Assembly (NCBI RefSeq): GCF_009914755.1
Contig: NC_060944.1
DNA length: 64,000 nt
Reading direction: 5' to 3' (one strand)
DNA from: the human T2T-CHM13v2.0 reference genome, Homo sapiens
A program made the translations under genes and the position numbers. Positions 1-56,856 of this stretch are shown piece by piece. The notes below the pieces were generated by a model. That model had not been told where the DNA came from, did not search any database, and was given only the letters and a program-made list of their open reading frames with translations. Each line of letters opens with the position of its first letter. The first letter of the stretch is position 1.

Positions 1-74
1 GGTGGAGAGCAGTTGGGAGGTTGTTGTGGTCTAGACAAGAATCTTGGCTCTCTCCATGTTTCAGTTTTCAATTC

Positions 75-600
75 CTGTGTAGCAAACTGCCCCAGCACTT
101 AGGGGCTTCAGACAACAATCATTCTCCTGCTTAGGAACCTGCAATTTGGGCAGAGCTCGGCAGGGACAGCTTGCGTCTGCATCAGCTGGGGCAGATTGCC
201 TGGGGGCTGAAGGACCCACTTGCCAGATGGCTCAGTCCCATGGCTTCCAAATAATTCTGTCTGTCAGCTGGGAGCTCAGTGGGCTGTGGGTTGGAAGCCT
301 TGGTTCGTCTCCAGGTGAGCTTCTCCGTGGGCCATTTGGGTTTCTTCATGGCATGGTGGCTGGGTTCTAAGAGCAAGCAACCCAAGGGAACCAGAAAGAA
401 GCTGTATTAACTTTTATAATCTAGCCTTAGAAGTCACAATGTGTCACTCTGTCTTAGCCACAAGTCTTCCAGGTCCAGAGGGTGGGAATATATGCTTTAC
501 TTCTGCAATGAGAGGAGTATCAACATCATATTGAAAGAAGAGTATGTGGGATGGGAGATATTATTGCAACCACCTTTGGAAAATCAATCTGCCACATGCT
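75..600. mobile_element. MaLR LTR (MLT1-type), degenerate
   Basis: Typical MLT1 phrases (ggcatggtggctgggttctaagagc, gccttagaagtcaca); subfamily not determined. Confidence 0.55.
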
Positions 601-858
601 GTTAACTAAAAGATTTTACAAAGATGCTGGAATCTTTAAAAAGCCAAACATTTTGACCAGCCCTGTCCAGACACTTGCCCACACAAGCCACTGATCTGAT
701 GCCTGTGGTGAAGCTCACGTTGAATTTTACAGTCTGTAACTTCTAGGCTGTGACTCCTATGGGGTCAAAGATAAAGGCACCATAGCCTGGGGATAGACAA
801 GCCACCAACTCAGGAGGCAGATTCCCAGCTCCATCACTTAGAAGGCTGTGTAACTCTG

Positions 859-1008
859 GGTCATGTGCAGTGGCTTATGCCTGTAATCCCAGCACTTTGT
901 GAAGCTGAGATGGGAGGATTGCTTGAGGCCAGGAGTTGGAGACCAGCCTGGTCAACATAGCAAGACCCTATCTCAAATTAAAAACAAACAAACAAAAAAA
1001 AAAAAAAC
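859..1008 (+). mobile_element. Alu monomer (FLAM-like) inserted in a MIR
   Basis: Left-arm Alu sequence with A-tail; 16-bp TSD aggctgtgtaactctg at 843-858 and 1009-1024. Confidence 0.85.
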
Positions 1009-1294
1009 AGGCTGTGTAACTCTGTACCTCAGTTTTATCATCTGTGACATTGAGTTAACAGTAGTACCTCCCTCATATGGTTTATTAAGATTAAATGAGC
1101 TAATATTTATAAAATATTTGGAAAAGCACTTGGTTCATAGGAAGATTTATTAAATAAAACCTATCCAATGGTCTAGCCAACAATTACTGACATTTCCTGT
1201 ATGCTTGGCATCAAATAAGATACAACCAAGAGTTGCATGACAAGTGTCCTTTGGTGGGGAGTACCTGGTGATGTAACTTCAGTGGTTCTCAACT

Positions 1295-1890
1295 GTGGCA
1301 GATTATATTTCACAGGGTGGTCATATCAGTATACATCTCAGCTCAATATTCTTTTTACAATGGGACATGACGTTGGTACATTTTCAGCAAGAGATGGGGC
1401 ATGTTCCTTCTCTTTGAACCTACATAGGCCTTTGTAACTGCCTTGACCCATAGGATAAGGCGGAGGTGACATTGTGTAACTTCTGAGGTTAGGTCATAAA
1501 AAGCATTGCATCTTCCACCATGGTCTCTCAGGTCACTTGCTCAGGGGAAACTAAGCACCATGCCAGGAGGACACCCAAGCATTCCCATGGAAAGATCCAC
1601 ATGGAAAGGAACCAAGGTGCCTCAACCTGTATTCAGCACCAGTTTGCCAGCCATGTAAGTTAGTCACCTTTAAAGTGGATCCTCCAGCCTCAGTCAAGCC
1701 TTCAGATGAACATGGCCCCAGCTAACATATGATTGCAACCCCATAAGAAACTCCAATTAAGAGCTGGCCAGTGGAGCTCTGCCCAAATTCCTGACCCACA
1801 AAAACCATGAAAGATAACATATGATTATCATTTTTCCAAGCTAAACTCTGGGTTAAACAGATTGGTTAAGAAGCAATAGATGAGTAAAAC
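1295..1890. mobile_element. MaLR LTR (MLT1F/G-like)
   Basis: aagtggatcctccagcctcagtcaagccttcagatga and ttcctgacccaca motifs. Confidence 0.6.
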
Positions 1891-2143
1891 ATCAACTTTT
1901 TTGTCCGTAATACCCTCCCTCTCAATATAACAAGTATTTAATAGTGTCCCTTCACCAACCTGAAATTGAATTGACACATCTTACCTACCTCTATACTCCA
2001 CTTTTTAAAAAATTGTATCCTAACTATAATATAAATAGTAAATAAGAGGAAATCAATTTTTCACTAAACATAGTTAAGTATGTAAATGCTTATTGAAACT
2101 TTACCAGAAGACATGATGAAGTGATCAGATGCCATCCTGCGAC

Positions 2144-2599
2144 TGTAGTGAATCAAGACAAAAACAAGGCCACTCCATAATCATGAGTGAACACAGACAA
2201 AAACATGAACATTGTCTAAGCCACTTACTGGTCTCGATCTACTGACATATTAGCCCTATAGGTGGGCTAATATGAATAACGGCTGCTTCTTTACTACTTA
2301 TGACACTAGCCTCAATTCATTCTTCCCATCTTCTACGTAAGGACTATTAAGATACTCAGACATAGACTTGCCTCATTCCCAGAGAAGCCTCCAATCCCAA
2401 GCAAAGCCCTGCTTCTTTGAACTCTCCCCAAACCACCTAACACAAGCCGCAATCCTGTAAGTCCTCTCTAATATTGTCTTCCCGAGATGTTCCGTGATTC
2501 TTTGTGGTGAGCATTCTTTCTCATTGCCGTGAGCGATGAGCCCTTCCTGTTCATTGTACTGATGTGTTCCTGGTGGTCTTTGGGTAGAGAGCCTTGACA
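2144..2599 (+). mobile_element. Solo ERV LTR, family uncertain
   Basis: TG...CA ends and LTR-like U5 (gtgttcctggtggtctttgg...ttgaca). Confidence 0.45.
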
Positions 2600-2869
2600 G
2601 AAAAAGAAAATAAATTTCAGTATTCATCATTCATAATACGGGGAAATAGTAATGAAACTTTTGTTTCAGTTTATATCTGTGCATGTATATATGTTCGCAG
2701 GCATATGGAGTATGGAACATTTAAAACTGTTTCTTATGTTAATCACAATAAAACTAGTATAACCACTGACCCAGTGGTCAACAGCTGGAAGCCAGGATGC
2801 CCACAGACTCCACTCCAGCCCTTGCTTGTTTGTGTGCCCTTTGGCAAGTTATTTCACTTCTCTTTCCCT

Positions 2870-3560
2870 CAGTTTCCTCATTCATTCATTAATATATTTA
2901 AGAAATATTTGTTGAGCACCTTCCATGTATCAGGCGCTGAAGATTCACTAATGAACAAAACAGACACAGCTCCCTGCCCTTATGCAGTTGATATTCTTGA
3001 AAGGGAAGGTAGGCAATTAAAATAAAGAAATAAAATATATTGTAAGATGTCAGTAAGTGCCATGGAGGAAAATAGTGGAGAAGGAGAGTAGGGGTGATTT
3101 GCAATTTATAAAGGAGTGGTCAGTGAAGGTCCCACTGAAAAGGTGACATTTGAGCAAAGACTTGAAGAAGGAGGCAAGGGAGCAGGTTCTGCAGGAATCT
3201 GAAAGGAGAGTGATCCACATACAGGGAACAGCAGGTGCAAAGGCCCTGAAGAGGGAGCCTGTCTGCAGATTCAAAGAGAAATAAGGAGATCAGTGTGGCT
3301 TAAAGGGATGAGAGAGGGGAAGAGAAACTGAAGGCCCAAAAAAGATATCAAAGTGCTCAATCTTGAAGGGCTTGTGGGTCATTGTCGGGACTTCAACTCT
3401 GCTGAGAGAGACAGGAACCAATGGAGAGCTTGAGAACAACGAGTGATCTTAGATTTTAACAGGATCCTTCTGGCTTCCATGTTGAGAATGAGCCCTGAGG
3501 ATATGTGGGGGTGGGGGCACAGGGGAAGTGAAATAGGGAACCCAGTGAGCATGACAGCAT
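2870..3560 (-). mobile_element. L2 LINE 3' fragment
   Basis: tcattcatt tail followed by atttgttgagcacc and aaggtgacatttgagcaaagacttgaa, typical of antisense L2. Confidence 0.7.
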
Positions 3561-4992
3561 CTAGAAAATGAAAGGGGCCATAGTACCTCCCTTAGGTGTA
3601 TGTTAGGAGGCATAAGCACTTGAATACATACAAAGATTTTATTATTGTTGTTTGTGTTATCCCAAATCTAATAGCTGATTGGACAAAGGAGAGATGAACT
3701 CTGGTGGCAGGGCCGAGGCAGGAACATCTCAGAAGACAATCACAGGCACCCCAACCAGGAGGGGCCTTAGGAAAAGCACAAGGCAGGAAAGAGATATGTG
3801 CGACGTCGGGGCAGGAGGTTGTGGAGGTAGAGTCTGATGCAGCCAGTGCAAAGAGTAACTGAGCTGTGAGGGGGTGGGGGGTGAGCTGGAGGAGTGGAAA
3901 GCAATGGGATCCTGCCTAGTTCCTTGTCCAAGATGAAGGAGCTTGGACAGATCATAAGAGACAATGGGGCATCCAGTGGAGATTTGGGAGCAGATGTTTG
4001 ACAAGATGAAGCAGCAGTTTCTTGGAACATCCCTTTGCTTACTAAAGCATCTCACCAGATATCTAATCAATCTTCCACATGGCACCAGAATGATCTTTCC
4101 AAGGTGCAAATCTGATTACATCACAGCTTTGCTTAAAACAATATTTGGCTGACTACGGCCCTTAGGATAAAAGGCAGACTCTTCATCCCACTCCAAGCAT
4201 TGGTGGTCTGCCGACTATGGGCCCCTCCAACCTCATTGCCTTCCCCACACATCTGCTTTCTCTCAAATTTTAGAAGTCACCATGCTTCCTCCTGTCTCTC
4301 TGCCTAGCGCCATAGCTGCTGGCTAGAATTCAAGGCTGCACACATCCTGGTGTTTTAAGCTGTTGCTTATAGTACTCTGGCAAATAGTTTTGCTAATCTA
4401 ACTACTTGAGTTTAGGTGTTCTCTGCTCCTGGGACTCCCAATGCCTCTCCCTTAGGGTTCATCTCAAAGCTTGACCCAAAAGGTTTGAGGTCTATCTGCT
4501 TAATGCCAGTCTTCTCCACTGGGCTATCAACTGCATGATGTCAGGGCCAGTGCGTATTTGATGGACTGTTGGGTCTGTAGCATCCAGCACAATGCCCAGC
4601 ACGTGAATGAATGAACCCTGAATAGGGGAAGAGGATGCTTGGGCTGAGACTAGATCCAACACTCAACTCTTTCCTGGAGACACTCATCCAATTTAAGACT
4701 CAGCCTCAGTTCCGCCTTCTGGAGGAAGCCTTGCTTGTGCCCCTTCAGACTAGGCCAAGCCCTCTGTTAGTGTTCTTTCAGCTCCCATCCTTCTCCCTGA
4801 TAGCATGTATCAAAGCAAGAATTAGTTATGTGGACTCACCTACTTAGGTGTCACCCCTGGAACATAATAAGTAACGATGATTGAGCTCTCATGTTACGAG
4901 GACTCTAAATGACAGGGGCCATTATCCTCACAATCACGCCACAGGCATTATTCCCATTCTGCAGAGCGGGGAACTGAGATGCAGAGAGGTCA

Positions 4993-5289
<297 letters not shown>

Positions 5290-5905
5290 TCAGCCAGTAG
5301 ATGGCCAGGTTAGAATCTGAATCCATGTCAGCTGCCCCCAGAGGACCTCCTCATAACCATTGAGCCATACAGTCTCACCGCACCATGCATTGAGGGCAAG
5401 CCCACATCTATATACTCAGCACCAGACACCAGCCTGGCATAGAGATTATACAGTCCATCCTCAACACTTGTGGATTCTGTATATGCACGTTGCTAATATT
5501 TATTTTTAAAGCCAAAATCTATACTCTGCACTTTCTTGGCCGTTCACAGACATGCACAGAGTGCGGAAAAATTGTCACCTGACCTGACATGCATATTCCC
5601 AGCTGAAGCTGAACAGGCAATATTCTGCCTCTTCATTTCAGCTGTCATACTATAAACAAATAACCTTTCTCTGTTCATTTAAAACTAGGGTTTTTTTTGC
5701 ATTTTTGTGCTTTTTTTGTTGGTGATTTCTCTGTTTAAAATGGCCGCTGAGCATAGGACTGAAGTGCTGTCTCATGTTCCTAGGAGCAGGAAAGCTGCGA
5801 CACGCCTTACACTAAAAATATGTGTTAGGTGAACATTCAGGCATGAACTATAGCGCTGCTGGCCACAAGTTCAATATTAATGAATCAACAATATATATTA
5901 AATTA

Positions 5906-6196
5906 TGTTTGTTTGTTTTGAGAGGGAGAGTCTCGCTCTGTGGCCCAGGCTAGAGTGCAGTGGTGCAATCTGAGCTCACGGCAACTTCCACCTCCCGGGT
6001 TCAAGCGATTCTCCTGCTTGAGTGGCTGGGATTACAGGCACCCGCCACCACGCCTGGCTCATTTTTTGTATTATAGTAGAGATGAGGTTTCACCATGTTG
6101 GCCCCAGGGTGGTCTCGAGCTCCTGAGCTTAGGCAATCCGCCCACCTCGGCCTCCCAAAGTGCTAGGATTCCAGGCGCGAGCCACCACGCCCATCC
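5906..6196 (-). mobile_element. Alu
   Basis: Antisense dimeric Alu. Confidence 0.9.
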
Positions 6197-6377
6197 TAAT
6201 AATGTATCTTTAAACAGAAACGCACATATAATAAGGTTATATACTGATCAACTGATGAATAAGTTGGGACCAGAGGCTCACAGGAACCTAAACCTGTATT
6301 TATTTTCCCTAAGGGCAATGGGCCAGTTCTCATTAATTCAACCTTTGCAGTGATTTTACAGAACTTAATGACCAAGA

Positions 6378-6762
<385 letters not shown>

Positions 6763-6775
6763 TCAGAGTGGGTGA

Positions 6776-45004
<38,229 letters not shown>

Positions 45005-45754
45005 TGGATCATGAGGGACTGAGAGGGGTGGATTTGGCCCCTGTCCTCCTCCTGCCCATTCTTTGTCTCTTCCACATGGGAGCCAGGAGGCCTCAGTTAA
45101 TCCTGCCTCAACCTCTGCCCTACTTTGTAAACTTAGGCAAGTTCCTTCTCCTCCTGGGCCTCAGTTTACTCTTCTGTAAAATGAAGTGTTGCACTCAGTA
45201 ATCCTTAAACTTTTGGACAACCATAGATGATGTAAGAACCGAGGGAGCCTCTCCAACCTTCATCTCTCATCCCCATGGCTGGGAGGTTGACAGACCCGAG
45301 CATCAGAGAAACCCTGGCCCACTCAGCTCTGCCATCTTCCACCCTGCCACCTCGCTGTCACCCTGGCTGACCCTTGGACTCTCCTTGCTTTTCAAATGCC
45401 CTGGCCACATCAAGAGCCAAGGATCCTCCCCACAGTCCTGACAGAGAATCCAAAAGTATCAGAGCTGGAACCTAACCATCCCTCAACACTCCCATTACAG
45501 AGAAGAAGGAAACTTACAGAGGCCACAGGGTGAGCTAGAGGCAGAGTGGAGGCCCATGTGTGTGCCATTTATACCTCCTAAGTCCCGATCCTAAAAAGCA
45601 TTAGATTTTAAGCAAAGGGAGATTTTCCCTCAGTGAAGACACAGGCCCAGGATCTGAGGGGCGATTGCTGCCTAGGATAATCTTAAGAAGATAAAGGAAG
45701 GGCCCAAACTGGATTGCATTCCTCTAAAATCTGCAGCCCCAAATCTGAAGAGGG

Positions 45755-47238
<1,484 letters not shown>

Positions 47239-47815
47239 TAGGTGTTTAGGGAGGGGAATGTAGCTGAAGGTGGTGAGGGCCACCTGCCACATAGCTCTGT
47301 TTCCAGTACAACGCTCTTGCCCTTGGTGCCTTCGAGTAGCATTTTAATGGGACAAAAGTGGCCTCCCTGGTTATTCCAGCCCCAGTGGAAAGCAGAAGCC
47401 GCCCCAACAGCCAATGAGAAAGCCCTGCTTGTGAGTGGGAGAGGTAGAGAAATTGACAGAAGACAGCTTAGAAGTCCAAGGGAGAGTGTGAGTGGGAATG
47501 TGGTTTTGGAAATTACAAAGAAAAATGTGCAGGTAGGGAATTCCTTTCAGCTGGTAGGGCAAGACCCTGACCATGCGCTTAACACAGGAAGGGCAGAACA
47601 GGTAGTTCAAGACTGAGAAAAGCCTTAGAATTGGCTGGCCATGGGACACTCAGAAGGACACCAGCAACAGGGCTTTACTGAGTCTCAGGACTCCTGCTTC
47701 CATTGAGTCCCCCTGTCTCTTAAACACTATCTGAAACTTCATGAAGGCCCTTGACACCAAGTTAGGTCAGGGATCTGAGCTTTCACATACCAGAGGGGCC
47801 TCCAAACCTTTAGAA

Positions 47816-48038
47816 CAGAGGTTGGCAAACTTTTCTGCCAATGACCAGATAGTAAATATTTCAGGCTTTGCAGGCCATAGAGTCTCTGTTACAACTACTC
47901 AACTCTGCTGCTATAGCATGAAAACTGCCATACTTAGTGCATAAACAAATGAGCCTGGATGTGTTGCAATAAAGTTTTACTTACAAAAACAGGTGGCAGG
48001 CCAAGTTTGGCCCACAGGTTGTAGTTGACTGACCTTGC
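47816..48038. mobile_element. MER58A-like hAT MITE
   Basis: cagaggttggcaaacttttctg...ccagatagtaaatatttcaggctttgcaggcc. Confidence 0.8.
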
Positions 48039-48069
48039 CGTAGGACAACACATTGCTTCCAATCTTGCT

Positions 48070-48570
48070 CCAGGACTGAGCTCTGACACCAGGCTACACC
48101 TTGCCCTAGCATCGAGCCTAAACCTGAGCCAAGGCCAAGCCCTTAACAAGCCTCGGACTGAAACTAGGATGAGGCTCCAGCTTGTGCTCGTGACCCCAAA
48201 GACGGCCGTGACTCAGAGGCTAACTAGGTCATGACCCTGATGCCAGATGGGCCCCAGACCTTGGCCTCACACTAAGCCCTGGATCCTACCATAGCTAAAT
48301 CCTGGCTTGACTCTGGCTCTAGACAGAGCTTGGGCTCCACGTGGAGTCCTGGTCCAGTACCAGACAGTACCGACCCCAGACTGAGCTCTCATGCCAACCT
48401 CAGATGACTGAGCTCCAATCCTAAGTGAACCCTGACCCCAGACTAAGCCCGAACCTCAAACAGAGCTCTGATCCAAGACTGAGCTCTGAGCCTACACTGA
48501 GACCTGATTCAGGCTCTGGCTGACCCCTGAACTCACTCAGGTCCCAGATGGATCTGGCCTTAGCTTTGGA
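48070..48570 (+). repeat. Degenerate minisatellite, unit about 18 bp (ccagactgagctctgacc-like)
   Basis: Recurrent gactgagctc / cagactaagccc / cagagctctga units. Confidence 0.6.
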
Positions 48571-49009
48571 TTTCCATTCTCATCTGAGTTTCCCCATATC
48601 CCTGGTCACTGGGTGAAGACAGCCTGTCCTTGAGCCAGGGATCTGCGCTCACCTTCCTTTCCCTTTGAGACACTTGGGTAGAAATATTTGAGAAGCATGG
48701 TGACCCCCCTGGATTTTTTAGCTCTGTCACTCTGTGAGAATCTGCATTCATAGCCCAATCCTTATGGAGCGACTGACCAGGGATCCCTCCTCTCATCATG
48801 CGGGTTCCTTTCTCCTATTATGCATCTGCCACAAGTGAAAGGAACACTGTAAGCATCTTCCCTGGAACAGGAGGCCATCTGCCACTCCACGTATAAAGAT
48901 GCTCCTTCCCGCAGGGAGGCTCCACGTGTCCCAGATCCATTTCCCCTTGTGATGGCTCCAGACACATCCTTCCAGCAAATGCCAGCTATCTGTATGCCTC
49001 GAGCTCGGC

Positions 49010-49445
49010 TGTTGCAGGCTGAGTTCCTAGAAAGCTGATTCTGAGATGGAGTTTAGGATGCAGGATGTTGATCTAACAGTGATCTAGGGTTCAACACCCA
49101 TGGAAGGGAGTGGGGGAGCATGAGTGTGCAGAGGAAGGAATCGAACCATGGTGCAGGCCCAGAGATAGCCTGTCCTGACCCCAGGCAGCTCTGGAGCTAG
49201 AATGGCCTATCTGAGTTGTCCAGTTTGGGCCAAGATGGCTGGGCTTTCCTATGCCTGCCTTTGTTAGCGATTCACCCAGGAAGGGACATGACCTTGGCTA
49301 AGACAGCTCTCTACAGCAGGGGCCAGCCCTGGAGCAGCTGACAGCTAAGGGTCATCTGCCTGCAGCACTCACAGCAGTTTGAGGAATGAGCCCTCCATTG
49401 AGGGGGTTCTGAGCCATGTGTCTCCATGTCCCCCACCTACATTCT
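49010..49445 (-). mobile_element. ERVL LTR (LTR16/LTR33-like), degenerate
   Basis: ctgattctgagatggagtttagg motif. Confidence 0.45.
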
Positions 49446-49698
49446 GTCAAACCCCAAGAACAGAGCAGTGACATGATAGGTTGCCTAGGCTCGTGCTCAC
49501 AGAGATTATCCTCTAGCTGGTGGAGACAGGTGTTCATCACATTTGAAAAGATATGAAAAATACAGTGAGAAATACAAGTAAACAAGTAGACAAATTCGTG
49601 AATAAATAAGCTAATTAAATTTAGTGAATAAGTGCCAAAAAGAAGATAAAAGTGACAGCCACCTCTCCCTGAGTGGTGGAGTTAAGATAGCCCTATAG

Positions 49699-51150
<1,452 letters not shown>

Positions 51151-52153
51151 ATAATGACAGTTTGTTCTTGAATCTGCAATTTGGGTGGGGCTTGGTGGGG
51201 ACAAGTCATCTCTGGTCAACTCAGCAACAGCTGGGGTGGCTCAAAGACTGGAGGCTGGAATCATCTGAAAGCTCATTTACTCACCTTGCTGGTGGTTGAC
51301 GCTGGCTGTTGGCTGAGCCCTAAGCTGTGGCTGTCAGCTAGAACACCTACCCATGACCCCTCCACATGGCCTGGGCTTCCTCACAACATGGTAGCTGGGT
51401 TGCAAGGCCAAGCATATCCAGAGAGAAGGAGCACCAGAGGAAAGCCATCTCGCCTTTATGGCCTTGTGTTGGAAGTCACCTAGTGTTGTTTCTGCCACAT
51501 TCTATTCATCAAGGCAGCTCCTCCCAGTTCCAATAGACTGCAACTCATCATAAGAGGTGGAAAGATTCTGGAAGAGCTTATGGGACTGGAAATATTGCTG
51601 TAGCTATTTTTGGAAGTATACAATCTGCCATGCTGTTTCCTGCTGCCTGCTTCTTGACCCTCTGGAAATTAATGGGATCCAGTGTTCCCTAGGTCTGGTC
51701 TGTCTCTTAGTATCCTCTCCAATGTGTGCTTAATTTCTACTCCCCATCCCCTTTTGCTTAAGCCATCAAGAGTCACTTCCTTTTCCTTGTGACAAAGAAT
51801 GCTGACCCATACAGCACTGACGTAGAGATGAGCCAGATGCGTCTAAGGAACAGAGTGAAGCCAGTGTGCCCGAAGTGTCCTGCAGCTTATCACCCTCTTC
51901 TTGACCTGGTCAGTTGCCCTGACCTTTAATCCCTAGACGGTAACCAAAGAAGGAGATTCAGAGGCCAATAACTTGACTCTGACCACTCCAATATCTTCTC
52001 ATTGAAGTCATCTTTGTAGTTTCTTCAGGCCTAAAGGGATGTCCTTCAGAAAGATTCCTGGCCTCCTATTCCTTGGTCAGCCAAAGGAGGTTATGACTGT
52101 TTCTTATGTTGAAAGAAGCAAAGGAGACGAGTGGTGTAAGTGATGGTGTTTCT

Positions 52154-52690
52154 TGTATTGGAGTTCTCCAGAGAAACAAAACTAACAGCATATGTATATG
52201 GACAGAAGAGATTGATTACAAGGAACCGGCTCATGGAATTATGAAGGCTAACAAGTCCCAAGATCTGCAGTTGGCAAGCTGGAGACCCAGGAGAGCTGGT
52301 GGTGTAGCCTCACTCTGAATCTGAAAGCCTAAGAACCAGGAGAGTCAATGGTGTACTTTTAGTCGAAAGGCCAGCAGGCTTGAGATCCAGGAAGAGCCAA
52401 CGTTTCAGTTCAAGTCTAAAGGCAGGGGAAAGCTGAGTTTGAAGGCAGTGAGGCAGGAGGAATTCCCTCTTACACAGAAGAAAGTCAGCCTATTGTCCCA
52501 TTCAGGCCTTCAGTTGATTGGATTAGGCCCACCCACATCAGGGAGGGCAATCTGCTTTACTCAAAGTCTACCAATTTAAATGTTAATCTCATCCAAGAAA
52601 CCCTCATAGAAGTGTCCAGAATAATGTTTGATGAAATGCCTGGGCACCCCATGGACCGGTCAAATTGACACATTATAACTGACCATCACA
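52154..52690 (-). mobile_element. MLT2-like ERVL solo LTR
   Basis: tgtattggagttctccagagaaac ... aagtcccaagatctgcagttggcaagctggagacccagg ... actgaccatcaca. Confidence 0.75.
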
Positions 52691-53664
52691 GTGCTGAATG
52701 AAGATGGCCATTGAATAGACCTTAGAAAGCAGTGGCAGTCTAAGTTGGCTATTGCTATTTGTAAAATTGGTTTGCATCAAACATAGGCATGGGAGGCAGG
52801 GAGTTAATATTGTCTAATAACAACAATATTTAGTGAGAGCTTATCATGTGCCAATTAGATAGATAGTATTGTTATTTCTATTTTACAGAGAAGGAAGCTG
52901 AGTCCCTGAGATGTTGAGTAGCTTCTCATAGATTAATAAGCTGGTAATGGCGAAGCAGACAGTGAATTCAGGCAGTCTAGCTCCAGAGCCCATGTGCACA
53001 ACCACATAAAGGACATTTCTTTTCTTTGCCTGGGACATTTCCCCAATGTCTTTCTGGAATGAGAGAAGGGCAGTTCGGTGAACATGCCATACAGTGTATG
53101 TTTATGCATGTATGTGCATGTGTGTTGCTGGTATTATAGCAACTGTTTGACACTTGCACACTATGTAACACTGACTTTATTTCTTCCCTCTTTCAAAGGC
53201 ATTTGCATTTTTAGAGAAGTATCTGGAGAAGGCAATACTTAATACAGATTACAGGATTAAGTATTACTGTCTTGGGGGAATTTAAAGTATTAGCAGGGGA
53301 ACTTATTTGGATTACAGGACTCCCCAATAATCTCTCAAATTTTAGGATGCCTCCAGAACTGGATGAGGTTCCAGAATCCTGTCTCACTAGACCAGGTCAA
53401 GTGACACAGCCCAGCCTAGAAATTTGCCCCTCTTTACTCCCCCTTCTCTCCAGAACTGTCGTCAACCAAGATGCCAACAGGGAATGGGTTGAGCTCCTCA
53501 GCTGTGTGAACCCAGGGAGGTTATGCTTAGGGGAGACTGAGGCCTTTTTAATCTCCAGACAAGGGCTAAACCCCATTTCCATAACCTCAGAGCTGACTTG
53601 GATAGATGAGAGGGTGGTATGGTGGTGCACTTGCATTTACATTTCTTCTTCTTTGTTTTTTGCT

Positions 53665-55120
<1,456 letters not shown>

Positions 55121-55141
55121 AATTAAAATCCAAACCGTACC

Positions 55142-56499
55142 TGTGAAGAAAAACGTGACTCCATCTTGGATGCTAATACACCATGTTGACTTCTGATTAA
55201 CCCCAGTCCCATGAATGCCTCCTGATTCCTATTTTATTTACTGTCCTTAGTGTGAGAACATGTACTCACTATAAATCCTGGCTTTAAATCAAAGCAACTT
55301 TGATATTGTCATACAAATTATAGGCTATGACACACACAGCATTCTTTCCTGTTCCACAGGGTTGCCTTTCATTGTCTTTATGGATCACATACACTCTTTC
55401 CCTATGGTATATAAGCTCTGATTTGCCTTTCATTGTCTTTACGGAACACATACACTCTTTCCCTATGGTATATAAGCTCTGATTTGCCCTTCATTGTCTT
55501 TACGGATCACATACACTCTTTCCCTATGGTATATAAGCTCTGATTTGCCTTTCATTGTCTTTACGGAACACATACACTCTTTCCCTATGGTATATAAGCT
55601 CTGATTTGCCTTTCATTGTCTTTACGGAACACATACACTCTTTCCCTATGGTATATAAGCTCTGATTTGCCTTTCATTGTCTTTACGGAACACATACACT
55701 CTTTCCCTATGGTATATAAGCTCTGATTTGCCTTTCATTGTCTTTACGGAACACATACACTCTTTCCCTATGGTATATAAGCTCTGATTTGCCTTTCATT
55801 GTCTTTACGGAACACATACACTCTTTCCCTATGGTATATAAGCTCTGATTTGCCTTTCATTGTCTTTACGGAACACATACACTCTTTCCCTATGGTATAT
55901 AAGCTCTGATTTGCCTTTCATTGTCTTTACGGAACACATACACTCTTTCCCTATGGTATATAAGCTCTGATTTGCCTTTCATTGTCTTTACGGAACACAT
56001 ACACTCTTTCCCTATGGTATATAAGCTCTGATTTGCCTTTCATTGTCTTTACGGATCACATACACTCTTTCCCTATGGTATATAAGCTCTGATTTGCCTT
56101 TCATTGTCTTTACGGAACACATACACTCTTTCCCTATGGTATATAAGCTCTGATTTGCCTTTCATTGTCTTTACGGAACACATACACTCTTTCCCTATGG
56201 TATATAAGCTCTGATTTGCCTTTCATTGTCTTTACGGAACACATACACTCTTTCCCTACGGTATATAAGCTCTGATTTTAGGGAGTAACAGTTGGGAAAT
56301 CTACCTGTCTCGCTGCCACCTAAGACTAGGCTTCTGTACATGAGTTCTCTAATAAACCATCCCTTACTCACCAACGAGATTTGTCTGCCTCATTCTTTGG
56401 TTTATTGGCTTCTTTTGCATTCGTGGGTCACTTTGCATATCCAGCCCTTTCACAGAACAATCGGGGGTCACTTTACCTATACGGTCCTTTCATGGAACA
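55142..56499 (+). mobile_element. Solo LTR (LTR47-like, tentative) expanded by an internal VNTR
   Basis: Starts tgtgaag...gtgactccatcttggatgctaat; TATA box, then AATAAA at 56351, ends ...gaaca. Confidence 0.65.
55362..56276 (+). repeat. VNTR, 15 copies of a 61-bp unit (ttgcctttcattgtctttacggaacacatacactctttccctatggtatataagctctgat)
   Basis: Exact 61-bp periodicity with near-identical units. Confidence 0.97.
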
Positions 56500-56856
56500 C
56501 TTCCCCACAGCATTCACAAAAATAAATTCCAGGTGGATGGCAAATCTAACTGTGAAGGGTAAGACAATAAAGATAACATAAAAAAAAAAAAAACTACTAC
56601 CTTAGAATAGGAAAGATTTATTAAATGATGCACACAAAAAAGCATTAACCATAAAGGAAAACATTAATAAATTGAACTACATTAAAATTTAAGACATTGT
56701 GTTAATCAAAAAACACCACTAAGAAAGTAAAAAGGCAAACTATAAAAAGAAAGAAAATATATGTGACACATAAAATGGATGGAAGTTTATATCCAATAGA
56801 CGTCTATAAAGAACACACAGCTCAATTAAAAATGGGTTAGACACTTAAAAATGCAC

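Noticed and set aside
55362-56276. CRISPR-like array
   Set aside because: Units are head-to-tail with no unique spacers, the context is eukaryotic, and there are no cas genes; it is a VNTR.
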